Assembly: GCA_964016885.1 (NCBI GenBank)
Contig: OZ024743.1
Span: 338,272,001-338,336,000, forward strand
Reading direction: 5' to 3'
Length of the DNA: 64,000 bases
Source: Eledone cirrhosa
Lineage: Eukaryota
Under the pieces are notes generated by a model. The model was not told the origin of the DNA. It ran no database searches and saw only the letters and a program-made list of their open reading frames with translations. This document shows positions 39,396-52,509 of the stretch, in pieces (position 1 is the first letter of the stretch; the number at the start of each line of letters is the position of its first letter). A program made the translations under genes and the position numbers.

Positions 39396-39774
39396 AATTA
39401 TAATAATAATAATAATAATTGTTGTTTCTAAGATCAGCACAAGAAATGTTATGTCTCTCATAGAGAAGCTTCTGGAACTTTCTCTATCCTGTGCTTATTC
39501 TAGCTACTATGCTCTCCAAGCAACTTCCTCCACTGCTAATTAGAACATCTAGGTAACAGAAGCTATCAACCACTTCGATGGATCCTTCTTGGAATTGTAA
39601 AATGTGTATTTCATTGATGCCATTACACCAAACATCCCTGTACACCTGCTACATACTAATCTATATTTTCAGTTACTCCACCTGCTATTCCACTACACCT
39701 CTTGTGCTCATAATATGGAGTTTAAACCTATTCCTTTTCTGCCTACTGAACAAGGCCACTTCTCTGATAGGATC

Positions 39775-40245
39775 ATCTATCTATCTATCTCACTGTTTAA
39801 CTAGTTATGTGTCTGTCTATCTCTCTGTCTGCCTTCTTATCTATCTATCGATCTACCTACCATCCTATTTATCTTTATGTCTATCTATCTACCTACTTAT
39901 CTGTCTGGCTATCTTTCTTTGTCTGTCCGGCCATTTGTCTGTCTGCCTGCCTGCCTACCTACCTACCTATCTGACTATCGATCTATCTACCTACCTATCT
40001 TTCTATCTAACTACCTACCTACTTTTCTATCAATTTATCTATCTATCTATCTAGCTATCTGTTTGTCTCTCTAACTATCTACCTAACTGCCTATGTATTT
40101 ACCTATCTATCTCTCTACCTACCTCTTCATCTATCTAACTATCTACCTCCCTACCTACCTATTTATCTACCTAACTGCCAATCTATCTATCTATCTATCT
40201 ACCTCTGCATCTGTCTACCTGTCAATCTACAGTTATCTATTTATG
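39775..40245. repeat. Degenerate (CTAT)n/(CTAC)n microsatellite
   Basis: Direct reading. Confidence 0.88.
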
Positions 40246-41619
40246 AAAATGTCTCAATTCAAAGAACTGCCTTTCTCATATTTATATAAGAAAAGTCAAC
40301 AAGGAAGAATAAGAGAGGAGAAGAAAACAATACGAGGAGGGTATCTATTAGTTTACCTTTCTACCTGAATGACAGAAACAAGATACCTGAGACTTGGAAG
40401 TAACATGAGCCACTGTAGTAGAGAATAATCATTGAAAGACTCGCATAGATGGAAAGACGGGCATGTCCCGAATATATTTATCTATATTTACCAATGTGTC
40501 TATTTTTGTACCAAAATAACAAAAAAAGCACAAATACTAATACCATTCTGAAGACAAACAGAGAGATAGACAGACAGACAAACAGACATACAGACAGAGA
40601 CAGACAGACAAACAGACATACAGACAGAAACAGACATACAGAGAGACAAACAGACAGACAGAGAGACAAACATAAAGCAAAGTCATTGAAATTTCGTGCA
40701 TATATATGTTTGATAATGATTAATCCTTTAGATACCAACCTGGCCAAAACCCAGCTCTGGTTCTATGAAATAAAGTCATCCGCCTTAAAGGTTTCCAATT
40801 TAAACTAAACATCTTCCAACATAATTTTATATAAGAACCTTACATTAAATTACTATCTTAGCAATGAAATAATTAATAACTTTAGTAAATCCTTCATTTA
40901 GATTACTTTGTATTTCTTCACCCAACAATCATCATTGAAGCACATCACATGTCCACACCATCACAGTCTCTTCTCCTGCACATAACAACCGATTCCTCTT
41001 ATTCTCAGTTTCTGTCTCAGTTCATCCATGCTTTGTCACTCTAGCACATTTATATGGAAAGAAGTGGTGAGAGCTGATCACAAATTGCTGAAACTCACAG
41101 AGAGGAGGTGACAAAAGAACGAGATGCTGTACTGAAAAGGACCCATCCCCACCATGCAAGTGTGGCACAAAGGACGTAAAATGACAATGATATACATATA
41201 TCTATATCATCCATCCACACTTCCGTCCACTGTAAAGTGGTTGTATAGGGAACACGGTAAAAAGGGTCCCAGTCCACACTGTAAATGTGGTTGGTGTTAG
41301 GAAGGGCATCCAGCCATAGAAAACTTGCCAGAAACAGTTCTGTACAAGCGAGACACAGTCTCCCGACCAATCTAGCTTCACTCAACTGGGACAAAACCGT
41401 CCAACCCATGTTAGCGTGGAAGATGGACGTGAAACAATGGTGATGCTGCTGCTGCTGATGGTATATATGTTACTGATGTTCACCAGTTTGAACACTCAAT
41501 GCCATAAGGAGCAGGAACGAAGTATCAATATAACATCAATATATTTATTCACACATGATGCATGTTTCACAATTGATCAGCTCAAGTTACAATCAGTAGT
41601 GATCGGGCCTGGTACTGAA

Positions 41620-41826
41620 AGTGATAGCTCAGCATTTGTGGAAACTTCTTGAGCTCGAAACCAGCTGAATATTACTTGAGTGGAATCAACAAACAACCTG
41701 ATAAATGGCAAGAGGTGATTCAAAATAATGCTGAATATATTATTGATTGAAATGAATTCATTGTTAAATTATTCATGAATAAATTATTTTACTAAAGCAG
41801 AAATTATCCATGACTCAACCCAATAT
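41620..41826 (+). mobile_element. Mariner transposon 3' relic
   Basis: Translates as SKPAEYYLSGINK..DKWQEVIQNNAEYIID*, followed by a TIR-like CAACCCAATA end. Confidence 0.7.
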
Positions 41827-41836
41827 ATATATATAT

Positions 41837-42070
41837 AGTTCAATTTTCAGACTGGGTGATGTGTTGTTTCCTTGAGCAAGACACTTTATTTCACATTGCT
41901 CCAGTTTACTCAGCTGTAGAAATGAGATGATAGGACTGCGTTCCCTATCATTCCACTGCAAAGTGGTTGTGGAGGTGCCATGGCAAAAAAAGCACCCAGC
42001 CCACACTGTAAAGTGGAGGTGTAGGCGCCATGGAAAAAAAAACACCCATCACTCACTGTAAATGAGGTTG

Positions 42071-42072
<2 letters not shown>
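41837..42072 (+). mobile_element. 5'-truncated SINE with RTE tail (family of 27710-28038)
   Basis: Reverse complement match to 27800-27985. Confidence 0.75.
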
Positions 42073-42116
<44 letters not shown>

Positions 42117-42224
42117 TTGATTTCCAAAAACAATATAAGAAAGAGGTTATAACCAGAGGTGAAGATGTTACATGCAACTCCAAATTAACGTATTAATGTA
42201 ATTGGTGTCTTTTTTTTTAATGTG

Positions 42225-42258
<34 letters not shown>

Positions 42259-42260
<2 letters not shown>

Positions 42261-42421
42261 GAAGGACGTGTAGTAAGGAACCAGGTGGACCATAACGCAC
42301 AAGAATACTCGATACTTTGGGTAATAGAAAAAGAGTCAGGTCCCCGACGGCTGAGCTCCGGCCATTTCGAGAGAGCTAGTTCTGATGGCCGGAACTCAGC
42401 CATCGAGGTCTTGACTCTTTT
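42259..42421 (-). mobile_element. Penelope-like terminal fragment with inverted duplication (42329-42421) and truncated hammerhead 3' half
   Basis: Imperfect palindrome between (TA)n tracts. Minus strand GAAA-TGGC...GCCG-TC-GGGGAC. Tail similar to 25845-25925. Confidence 0.55.
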
Positions 42422-42478
<57 letters not shown>

Positions 42479-42535
42479 GGGCGGAACAAGTAATCATCAA
42501 ACAATCTTTTAAATAAATTAAAAAACGATTTAAAT

Positions 42536-44536
42536 CATCATCATCATCATCATCATCATCGTTTAACGTCCATCTTCCACGCTTGCATGGGTTTGGACGG
42601 GGGTTTTCCCACTTGAGGCAAGAGTGGTTGTCTTGCTCGCATAGGACTGTCTGGCGGGTTTTCTACGGCTGGATGCCCTTCCTAACACCAACCATGTTTA
42701 CAGTGTGGACTGGGAGGTTTTTACCGTTACCTACACGGCCACATTACAGCGTGGACTGTATGTTTTTTTGTTGTGACACCTACACGTCTGGTGGGTTTTC
42801 TACGGCTGGGTGCCCTTCCCAACATCAAACACGTTTACAGTGTGGTCTGGGAGGTTTTTACTGTGTTGCCTACATGGCCACATTACAGCGTGGACTGTGT
42901 GTTTTTTTGTTGTGACACCTACACGACCTCATTTGTTTCGGACTGGATGTTGTGGTACCAACATAACTTCACATTTAAGGGGGTGGTGTGGATGGGGTGG
43001 GGGTAGTGGGACGGGGGTGTATTTTGTTAGAGGTACCTACTGACTGTAGGTTTCGCTTTGTACTTAGGCCAGGTGGGTCTTCTGTATAACTGTGTAGCAC
43101 CAAAGATCTTGGTCCAGTGACATTGTCTTGGAGAGGTGTAAGTGTGTGAGGTCGGAATTTATCAAGTCGTCCCAGGTTTTTCAGGGTCTACCGTCTATTT
43201 TTATCGCCCTGCACCTTTTTATACAGCTGCCGTCTTACATGCGCATCACGTGACCGTAACAACGTAGTCTTCTCTCGAGTAAACAACATCTGATCCCTCT
43301 TATTCCTAATTTCTCCCTTAGTTCGTTTATGCTTTGCCGTTCACGTATATTACTATTACACATCCAGCGGAGCATGCAAGCTTCGTTTCTCTCCAGTCTG
43401 CGTATATCCTCTGCACACAATGCCCAGGTCTCACTGCCATGTAACATTGCTGTTCGTATGCAGGCATCATACAGCCTGCCTTTCATTTTTAGAGAGAACC
43501 CTTTAGCGGCCAATAGTGGTATAAGCTCTCTGAACTTTTTCCATCCCGTTCTGACTCTAGCTACTGTACTTTCAGAGCACCCTCCACCACTGCTGATTTT
43601 GTCACCCAGGTAACGGAAGCTGTCCACTATTTCTATAGAACCATCTGTGCAATGGAATGAGCTAGTATTCTGTGGGCACTTACTGCTACTTATTGCACTA
43701 GAGCACCGGCCACATATAAAATCTATATTCTTAGTTAGCTTACCTGTGATCCCACTACATCTTTTATGCACCTATACTTTGCATTTGGGACATAAAATGG
43801 AGTTTCTGCCTACTGCTTTCCTACACACTGAGCATGGCCATTTCCCAGGTGGGACCGGTGCCCTATTTTCCTTCCTACACACTAGAACTTTAGTCTTAGA
43901 CAAGTTAACTTTAAGGCCTTTTGATTCTAGGCCATGCTTCGTTGTTTGGAATTTCTTCTCTAGCTCAGCCATTGATTCAGCTATGAGCGTTAGATCATCT
44001 GCATATAGGAGTTCCCATGGGCAGCCGGTCTTGAACTCCACTGTTATAGCCTGAAGGGCAATAATAAATAGTAGAGGGCTAAGAACGGAGCCCTGATGAA
44101 CACCAACTTTTACGCTAAACTCTTCCCTATATTCGTTGTTAATCCTAACCTTGCTGACTGTTTCTTTATACATGGCTTGTATAGCTCTCACAAGCCATTC
44201 ATCAACACCTAGTTTTCTAAGGGCCCACCAGATAATGGAACGGGGGACTCTGTTGAAGGCTTTCTCCAAGTCAACAAAAGCTAATGTATAGGGGTTTACT
44301 TTTAGCTAGGTACTTCTCCTGTAGTTGTCGTACAATGAAAAGAGCATCTGTGGTATTTTTGCCTGACACAAACCCGAACTGCATTTCATCTAGATCAATT
44401 CTCTCTCTGATTAGTTGCGCTATTACTTTTTCTGCGACCTTCATGACCTGGTCAATTAATTTAATGCCTCTATAGTTACTCCTATCTAGGGCATCTCCTT
44501 TACCCTTGTAGCAGTTAATGATGATGCTGCTGCGCC
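42536..44536 (-). mobile_element. 5'-truncated RTE LINE (same subfamily as 19769-23453)
   Basis: EKAFNRVPR, QGSVLSPLLF, YADD, PHD-like Cys cluster, FRYLG; (ATC)n at the 3' end. Confidence 0.92.
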
Positions 44537-44810
44537 AGGAGAGATTCTGTCATCACTACAACAGAGGAGCTTTTGATTCCAGAGTCGGGCCAGATCGATA
44601 CAGAGAGAACCATGAGCTGATCAATAGCGAAACGCGCATCACCAATAATAAACGTAATGAAGACTTAACAAATCGTCCTTGTATTATTATATTACACTCT
44701 GTCTAGCTCTACACCTCATTACTGACATGAACCTAAACATCGAGTGCTCACCTGGGTGAACCTACAGTAATGTCACGTTACACTTGCCGGATATATATAT
44801 ATATATATAA

Positions 44811-45063
44811 TGTAGGAGGTGAGTTTTATTGTAGTACAATAAAGCAATGCAGATATCGGATAAGAAGCACTCTACAGTTTGTAGGACTGGAGTATACATA
44901 ATATATAAGAACAAAAGATGGTTAAAGGAGTTCCATGTATTTTATTATGCGCATTTCAAAAACAAATATCATCATGCAATAATATTTGTGTTTTCATCAG
45001 ATAAAACAGGAGGACATGATATGAAGGCTAAAAAACACTTGTGGATAGTTCAGTGGATAGTTC
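44811..45063 (-). mobile_element. Penelope-like pseudo-LTR with hammerhead at 44940-45006
   Basis: Near-identical reverse complement of 8216-8458, with intact CTGATGA...GAAATGCGCATA; (TA)n on both sides. Confidence 0.72.
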
Positions 45064-45780
45064 ATATATATATATATATAAGTAAAGGGATATTTAATTT
45101 GTTGGTAATTCAACAAATATATATATTTATAACTGATTCAAAGCACTCAACAAGTTTTCTGGAGTATAATATCAACGATATTAATAAATGGAAAAACCTG
45201 AACCATTAAGATCTTGTTCCTGGATATGTCAATATTTATAAAACAAACATATATATATATATATATATATAGTACATGTATTGTTAAATTGGAGTTTACC
45301 AATATAGATTCTGGTAAAGATGAGAGAAGCCCTATGCTATCCAGTTTCCTTGATCCAGCAGTAATTCTAAATCGACTGAGGGTGTTCTCAGCTGTTGTAG
45401 ATTCTGCTGTAGACTATTAAGCTATAGGTGGCAGAGTTCAAAACTTATAAATGGGGAAAGAATAACCAAGTTATACTTAAAACATAATATTTTAATAACC
45501 AAGTATAACTTGGTTATCCTCTCTCCATTTATATATATATACATATATATTTTGCAAGAGATGTCAACATGAATGGACCTGTTATTTTTATCTAAAGACA
45601 TTTTTTCCAATTCCATCCCGCCCGTCCCCTCAATCTATTTTATTTCTCATTCTTTCTTCTGATGAAGGACTAGCGTTAAGACCCTCACAATGCTATATCA
45701 AGCGTTAACCTAATATAAACCTTCCATATACTGTACAGATTCGTTGTTATTTCTGTTAACCTTTTACATACATATATTTA

Positions 45781-45818
<38 letters not shown>

Positions 45819-46189
45819 GAGTAAAAGTTTATGTGAATAAAGTTATGGCAGCAAATTTGAACCTGAGTGTAGTTCCACAATAGAAACAAGAAATCACTGG
45901 TATAATCCATACAGTATTTGGAATTAAATACTAAATACACAAACCCTACATGTTGTATCAATGGAAATGTACAAAGACATGAATAATAAGGGATAGAAAT
46001 CAAATATGAAGAAATTTAAGACATTATATTTATGTGTGTGTGTGTGAATATGAATGAATGTGCATGAGGATATATATGTGCATGGGTGTCTATGTATAAA
46101 GACACATCATCATCAATATCATTTAACCTCCATTTTCCCTGCCAGTATGTGTATGTAGAAATGTAGATATGCATGTATGTATAATAATA

Positions 46190-46455
46190 AAAAATAATGT
46201 GTACAGTGCTCAGGTGCACTGCAACTCATCAAAGGTGCATGTATAGTACATAGAATAATGTACAAATGTCAGGAAAATGAACAGAGTATGAGTCATGATA
46301 TACACACAGATACATACATGCATGTGTATGGAGGAGGAATATCAGGTGTAGTGTTGACGAATTTCGGGAAGCATGGAAGTTCTGAAGGATGCAGTGTCCC
46401 GACAGCTAACAACTGATGCAGGTAGTGTGTTCCATACTTCAGCAACTCTGATGAA
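46190..46455 (-). mobile_element. CR1-type LINE 3' end
   Basis: Minus strand encodes RVAEVWNTLPASVV..., the typical CR1 ORF2 C-terminus. Confidence 0.7.
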
Positions 46456-46499
46456 TGCATGTAGGTACATACCTATATATGTATATATCATGTTTGTGA

Positions 46500-47200
46500 C
46501 ATGACAAAAAGTGCCCAGTGGTCACGTAGGTGTCATGACAAAAAGCACCCTGTCCACACTATGAAGTGGTTGTGTAGGTGTCATGACAAAAAGAATCCAG
46601 CCCACACTGTAAAGTGGTCACGTAGGTGTCATGACAAAAAGCATCCAGCCCACACTGTAAAGTGGTTGTGTAGGTGTCATGACAAAAATCATCCAGCCCA
46701 CACTGTAAAGTGGTCGTGTAGGTGTCATGACAAAAAGCATCCAGCCCACACTGTAAAGTGGTCACGTAGGTGTCATGACAAAAAGCATCCAGCCCACACT
46801 GTAAAGTGGTCGTGTAGATGTCATGACAAAAAGCATCCAGCCCACACTGTAAAGTGGTCGTGTAGGTGTCATGACAAAAAGCATCCAGCCCACACTGTAA
46901 AGTGGTCGTGTAGGTGTCATGACAAAAAGCATCCAGCCCACACTGTAAAGATGTTATGTAGGTGTCATGACAAAAAACATCCAGCCCACACTGTAAAGTG
47001 GTCATGTAGGTGTCACAACAAAAAGCACCCAGTACACACTGTAAATGTGGTTGGCATTTGGAAGGGCATCTGGTCATAGAAACCAAGCCAAAATCATTCT
47101 GTATGAGCAAAACACGGTCACATGATCTAAATTGTTCCAAAACAGGACAACCTGTCGAACCCATGCTAGAGTGGAAAATAGACATTAATTGTGGTGATGA
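46500..47200 (+). repeat. RTE-type 3' tail with a 48-bp unit amplified about 11 times (to ~47045)
   Basis: GTGTAGGTGTCATGACAAAAAGCATCCAGCCCACACTGTAAAGTGGTC tandem array running into the normal RTE tail. Confidence 0.88.
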
Positions 47201-48339
47201 TGTATGTAAGTATGTATCCATGTATATACATACATAAATATGTATATATATGTAAATGTATGTATATGTGTACATATGTATGTATGTGTGTATAAATGTA
47301 TATATAAATGTATGTATATGTGTATATGTGTATATATGTATATATAAATGTATGGATATGTGTACATATGTATGTGTGTATATATGTATATATAAATGTA
47401 TGTATGCATGTGTGTATATATGTACATATGTATGCATGTGTGTACATATGTACATATGTATGTTCATGCATATAATATATATATATATATATATATATAC
47501 AGGAGCTTCTGTGGTCACATGTATGGGTTTCAGTGTACATGTGTGTGAATGTGTTAATGTGTGTGGGTGCATGCATAGGTATGTGTATGTATCTGTGAGT
47601 GGGTGTACAACTATGTGTGTGTGTGTATGTGTGTCTGTATGTACATATGTATATACATTTATGTGGTCATATGTATGAATTTGTGTGTACATATGAGTGT
47701 CTGCATTTGTATGTGTATTTGCAATTGTGTATGAATGTGTCTACTTGTATGTGTATGTAACTGTATGTGTGGGGGAGTGTAGTGTGTGTGATGTTAGCAA
47801 ATGTGTATGTGTTTGTGTGTATGTATATATGCGTGCGCGTGTGTGTATGAGTGTATAAATATGTGTGTATATATATATGTATGTGTGTGTGTTTAGTAAT
47901 CTATTATCTGCTGCTACCAAATTTCTTCAAGTATGGAGTTCTTTAGCAACCCCCACACCACACCACCTCACCCAACCCCACTCTGTCTAATTCCTCTACT
48001 CAGGTATCATATACCACTCAACCAAAACACCTCCCACAACATAAGGGATGTGTGTGTATGTGTAAGTGTGCATCAATTTGTGTGTGTCTTTGTGTGTAAG
48101 TGTATGTGTGTGTGTAAGTGCCTGTGTGTGTTTATGTGTGTGTAAGTGCCTGTGTGTGTAAGTGTATGTGTGTGTGTAACAGAAATGGAGAGGATGAGAA
48201 AAGGAAAGAGAGACAATGGAAATAGAGAAAAAGAGGTTAAGAGAAAGGAGAGGAGAATGTTTAAGAGATGAGAGAGAGAGAGAGAGATAGAGAGAGAGTC
48301 GACCATGTGAGAAGAATATGTTGGACAGGAGACAGAGGG

Positions 48340-49460
48340 AAGAGAGAGAGAGGGTGGATGTGTGAGTGAGGAGAGATAGAGGGGGTGGGTGTGTGAGTGA
48401 GGAGAGAGAGAGGATGGGTGTGTGAGTGAGGAGAGAGAGAGGGTGGGTGTGTGAGTGAGGAGAGAGAGGGGGTGGGTGGGTGAGTAAGGAGAGAGAGAGG
48501 GTGGGTGTGTAAGTGAGGAGAGAGAGAGGGTGGGTGTGTGAGTGAGGAGAGAGAGAGGGTGGGTGTGTGAGTAAGGAGAGAGAGAGGGTGGGTGTGTGAG
48601 TGAGGAGAGAGAGAGAGAGGATAAGTGTGTGAGTGAGGAGAGAGAGAGAGAGAGAGGGCAGGTGTGTGAGTGAGGAGAGAGAGAGAGAGAGAGAGGGCAG
48701 GTGTGTGAGTGAGGAGATAGAGAGAGAGGGCGGGTGTGTGAGTGAGGAGATTGAGAGAGAGAGGGCGGGTGTGTGAGGAGAGAGAGAGAGAGGGGATAAG
48801 TGTGTGAGTGAGGAGAGAGAGAGAGAGAGGGCAGGTGTGTGAGTGAGGAGATAGAGAGAGAGAGGGCGGGTGTGTGAGTGAGGAGAGAGAGAGAGAGGGC
48901 AGGTGTGTGAGTGAGGAGATAGAGAGAGAGGGCGGGTGTGTGAGTGAGGAGATAGAGAGAGAGAGGGCGGGTGTGTGAGTGAGGAGAGAGAGAGAGAGAG
49001 GGCGGGTGTGTGAGGAGAGAGAGAGAGAGGACAAGTGTGTGAGTGAGGAGAGAGAGAGGGTGGATGTGGGAGTGAGGAGAGAGAGAGAGGGTGGATGTGG
49101 GAGGAGAGAGAGAGAGGGTGGATGTGGGAGGAGAGAGAGAGATAGGGTGGATGTGGGAGGAGAGAGAGAGAGAGGGTGGATGTGGGAGTGAGGAGAGAGA
49201 GAGAGGGTGGGTGGGTGTGTGAGTGAGGGGAGAGGGAGGGGTGGGGATGTGAGTGAGGTGAGAGAGAGAGGGTGAGTGGGTGTGTGAGTGAGGAGAGAGG
49301 GAGGGGTGGGGATGTGAGTGAGGTGAGAGAGAGAGGGCGGATGTGGGAGTGAAAAAAGAGAGAGAGGGTGGGTGAGTGTGTGAGTGAGGAAAGAGAGAGG
49401 GGGTGGGTGTGTGAATGAGGAGAGAGAGAGGGGGTGGGTGTGTGAGTGAGGAATGATAGA
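48340..49460. repeat. Purine-rich minisatellite, (GA)n-GGGTGGGTGTGTGAGTGAG, ~27-33 bp unit
   Basis: Direct reading. Confidence 0.9.
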
Positions 49461-49654
49461 GAGAGAGAATCGGAGAAAGAAAGAGATTGATGGAGAGAGA
49501 CAATGAGAGAGAGAGAATGAGAGAAAAAGAGAGAGAGGGAGGATGAAAGAGAAAGCGAGAGTGACAAAGTTATATTCATCAGAGAATACAATTATTTTCT
49601 GGTTTGTATTTGATATAAATAACTATATGCCATCAATCTCTCCTTGGAGGGAAA

Positions 49655-50050
49655 CAGTGTACCTCTCCTCTTAGAGTACCTGTGGGTATTTGCCGTCTGA
49701 GGGAGCCTGTTATCTAATAGTACCTGTACACTAAAAGTACCTATATTCTAAGGGTACTTCTCCTCTGCGGGTAGATGTCCCCTGAAAGTGCCTGTCTGTT
49801 GAATGTACCTATTCTCTAAGAGTCATTGTCCTTTAACTGTACCTGTCCCCTAAGGGTACATGCCCTTTAAGGGTAGCTGTCCACTAAGTGTCCCTGTCCT
49901 CTAAGAATACCTATCCTCTAAGAATACCTGTCCTCTAAGAGTACCTGTCCTCTAAGAGTACGTGTCCTTTTACTGTACCTGCCCACTAAGTGTCCCTGTT
50001 TCTGAGGGTACTTGTCCTTTAACTGTATCTGTCATCTAAGGGTACTTATG
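49655..50050. repeat. Degenerate 17-bp tandem repeat (AGTACCTGTCCTCTAAG)
   Basis: Clean copies at about 49905-49960, decaying outward. Confidence 0.8.
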
Positions 50051-50324
50051 AGCCAGAATATATATATATCAACAGTCTGCCACTCTATTGACTCTGCCTA
50101 ATGACCTCAATGAAACATTATTCAGTGTTTTGTTGTTTTTATCAGCTTAGAGTACATCACGAATACAACCACACAGTTTACATGTGCTTTCTGGAATGGA
50201 AGGTTGTTTTACAGTAACCAGCAATTTCTGGGCCTAACACATATTTCTAGACATGTTTGAGCTAGTAGAGAAATATAACTGTCGAATGAAGCTTTTGATT
50301 AGAACTATGCACCATAGTTACACA

Positions 50325-51695
50325 TATCATATCACAGCTACAGGTATCATATCATAGCGACAGGTATCATATCACAGCTACAGGTATCATATCACAGCTA
50401 CAGGTATCATATCACAGCTACAGGTATCATATCACAGCTACAGGTATCATATCACAGCTACAGGTATCATATCATAGCTACAGGTATCATATCATAGCTA
50501 CAGGTATCATATCACAGCTACAGGTATCATATCATAGCTACAGGTATCATATCATAGCTACAGGTATCACATCACAGCTACAGGTATCACATCATAGCTA
50601 CAGGTATCATATCACAGCTACAGGTATCATATCATAGCTACAGGTATCATATCATAGCTACAGGTATCACATCACAGCTACAGGTATCACATCACAGCTA
50701 CAGGTATCACATCACAGCTACAGGTATCATATCATAGCTACAGGTATCATATCACAGCTACAGGTATCATATCACAGCTACAGGTATCATATCACAGCTA
50801 CAGGTATCATATCATAGCTACAGGTATCATATCACAGCTACAGGTATCATATCACAGCTACAGGTATCACATCATAGCTACAGGTATCATATCATAGCTA
50901 CAGGTATCATATCATAGCTACAGGTATCATATCATAGCTACAGGTATCATATCATAGCTACAGGTATCACATCATAGCTACAGGTATCACATCATAGCTA
51001 CAGGTATCACATCATAGCTACAGGTATCATATCATAGCTACAGGTATCATATCATAGCTACAGGTATCATATCATAGCTACAGGTATCATATCACAGCTA
51101 CAGGTATCACATCATAGCTACAGGTATCACATCATAGCTACAGGTATCATATCATAGCTACAGGTATCATATCATAGCTACAGGTATCATATCACAGCTA
51201 CAGGTATCACATCACAGCTACAGGTATCATATCATAGCTACAGGTATCATATCACAGCTACAGGTATCATATCATAGCTACAGGTATCATATCACAGCTA
51301 CACATATATCACAGCTACAGGTATCATATCACAGCTACAGGTATCATATCATAGCTACACGTATCATATGATAGCCATACACATTATATCATAGCTATAC
51401 ATATCATATCATCGGTATACATATATCATAGCTACATGTATCATATCATAGCTATACATATCATATCATAGTTATACATATCATAGCTATACATATCATA
51501 TCATAGCTACATGTATCATATCATAGCTACATGTATCATATCATATCATATGATAGCCATACACATTATATCATAGGTATACATATCATATCATAGCTAT
51601 ACACATCATATCATAGCTATACATATCATATCATATAGCTACATGTATCATATCATATAGCTACACATATCATATAGCTATATGCATCATATCAT
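50325..51695. repeat. 20-bp minisatellite (ATCATATCAYAGCTACAGGT), ~50 copies, decaying into ATCAT/CATAT repeats
   Basis: Direct reading; homogeneous to about 51360. Confidence 0.95.
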
Positions 51696-51778
51696 AATGT
51701 ATATGGAGGATATCTGTAGATAAAAGGTCAAGGAAAACAATGCTTAATCTATTGCAAGAGAGCTTATTTAGTATGAAT

Positions 51779-52018
51779 AAAGTTTCACACACTTAACATG
51801 TATGTGTGACCTTAGGTTTCGGGGTCCAGTTATGGCCACCACTGTATAATGGAGAAGCCTCTTTAAAACTGGCTTCTCATCGAGCACTCGGACTAAAATA
51901 CATATTTTGTCTCAGTGCCTGATGAGAAGCCAGTTTTGAAGAGGCTCTTCCATTGTGGTGGCCATAACTGGACCCCGAAACCTAAGGTCACACATACATG
52001 TTAAGTGTGTGAAACTTT
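51779..52018. mobile_element. 240-bp imperfect palindrome with degenerate hammerhead (Penelope-like inverted pseudo-LTR)
   Basis: The arms are reverse-complementary. Plus strand: CTGATGA (51919-51925)...CCAGTT/AACTGG...GAAA-CCTAAGG-TC. Confidence 0.6.
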
Positions 52019-52509
52019 CTTTATACTATCATATCATAACTATATCATATATCATATCTGCATATCATATCATATATATATCTGTGTTTCATACATGCAC
52101 ATCATGACAAATCGTATCACATCTACATATCATAACTATATATCATATATGTAGTTATGGAACTCCATGTCGTATCAATTACATATCATAACTACATATA
52201 TCATAGCGCATCTCCCTCCCCATCCTCCGGGGAAATGCCTTCTCTATTCTGTCCTCCGGGGCCGTGGGGTGGCCAGCGCGTGGGACCCCATTTGCTCATA
52301 TTAGTAAGAAATGGGGAGGACGAGAGAGAGAGGGAGGCTATGACAGTGGGAATTTAGCTCCTCTGTGGTCAAACCTGGTGAAAATGTGTGTGTATGTATA
52401 CTTCTATATGTATATCATAACTACACATCATATGGCAGCATATGATGTCATAAGAAAATAAACTAAAAAGACCCAGTGTTGTTGTTATTTAGTCCAATTT
52501 GACCTTATC

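Noticed and set aside
46500-47045. CRISPR-like regular array / CHDKKHPAHTVKW repeat protein (also 60268-60960)
   Set aside because: There are no unique spacers or cas genes. The unit is part of the RTE 3'UTR, and the open frame follows from a 48-bp stop-free unit.
47996-49591. 531-aa S/L/H/T/P-rich ORF
   Set aside because: Translation of the (GA)n-based minisatellite.
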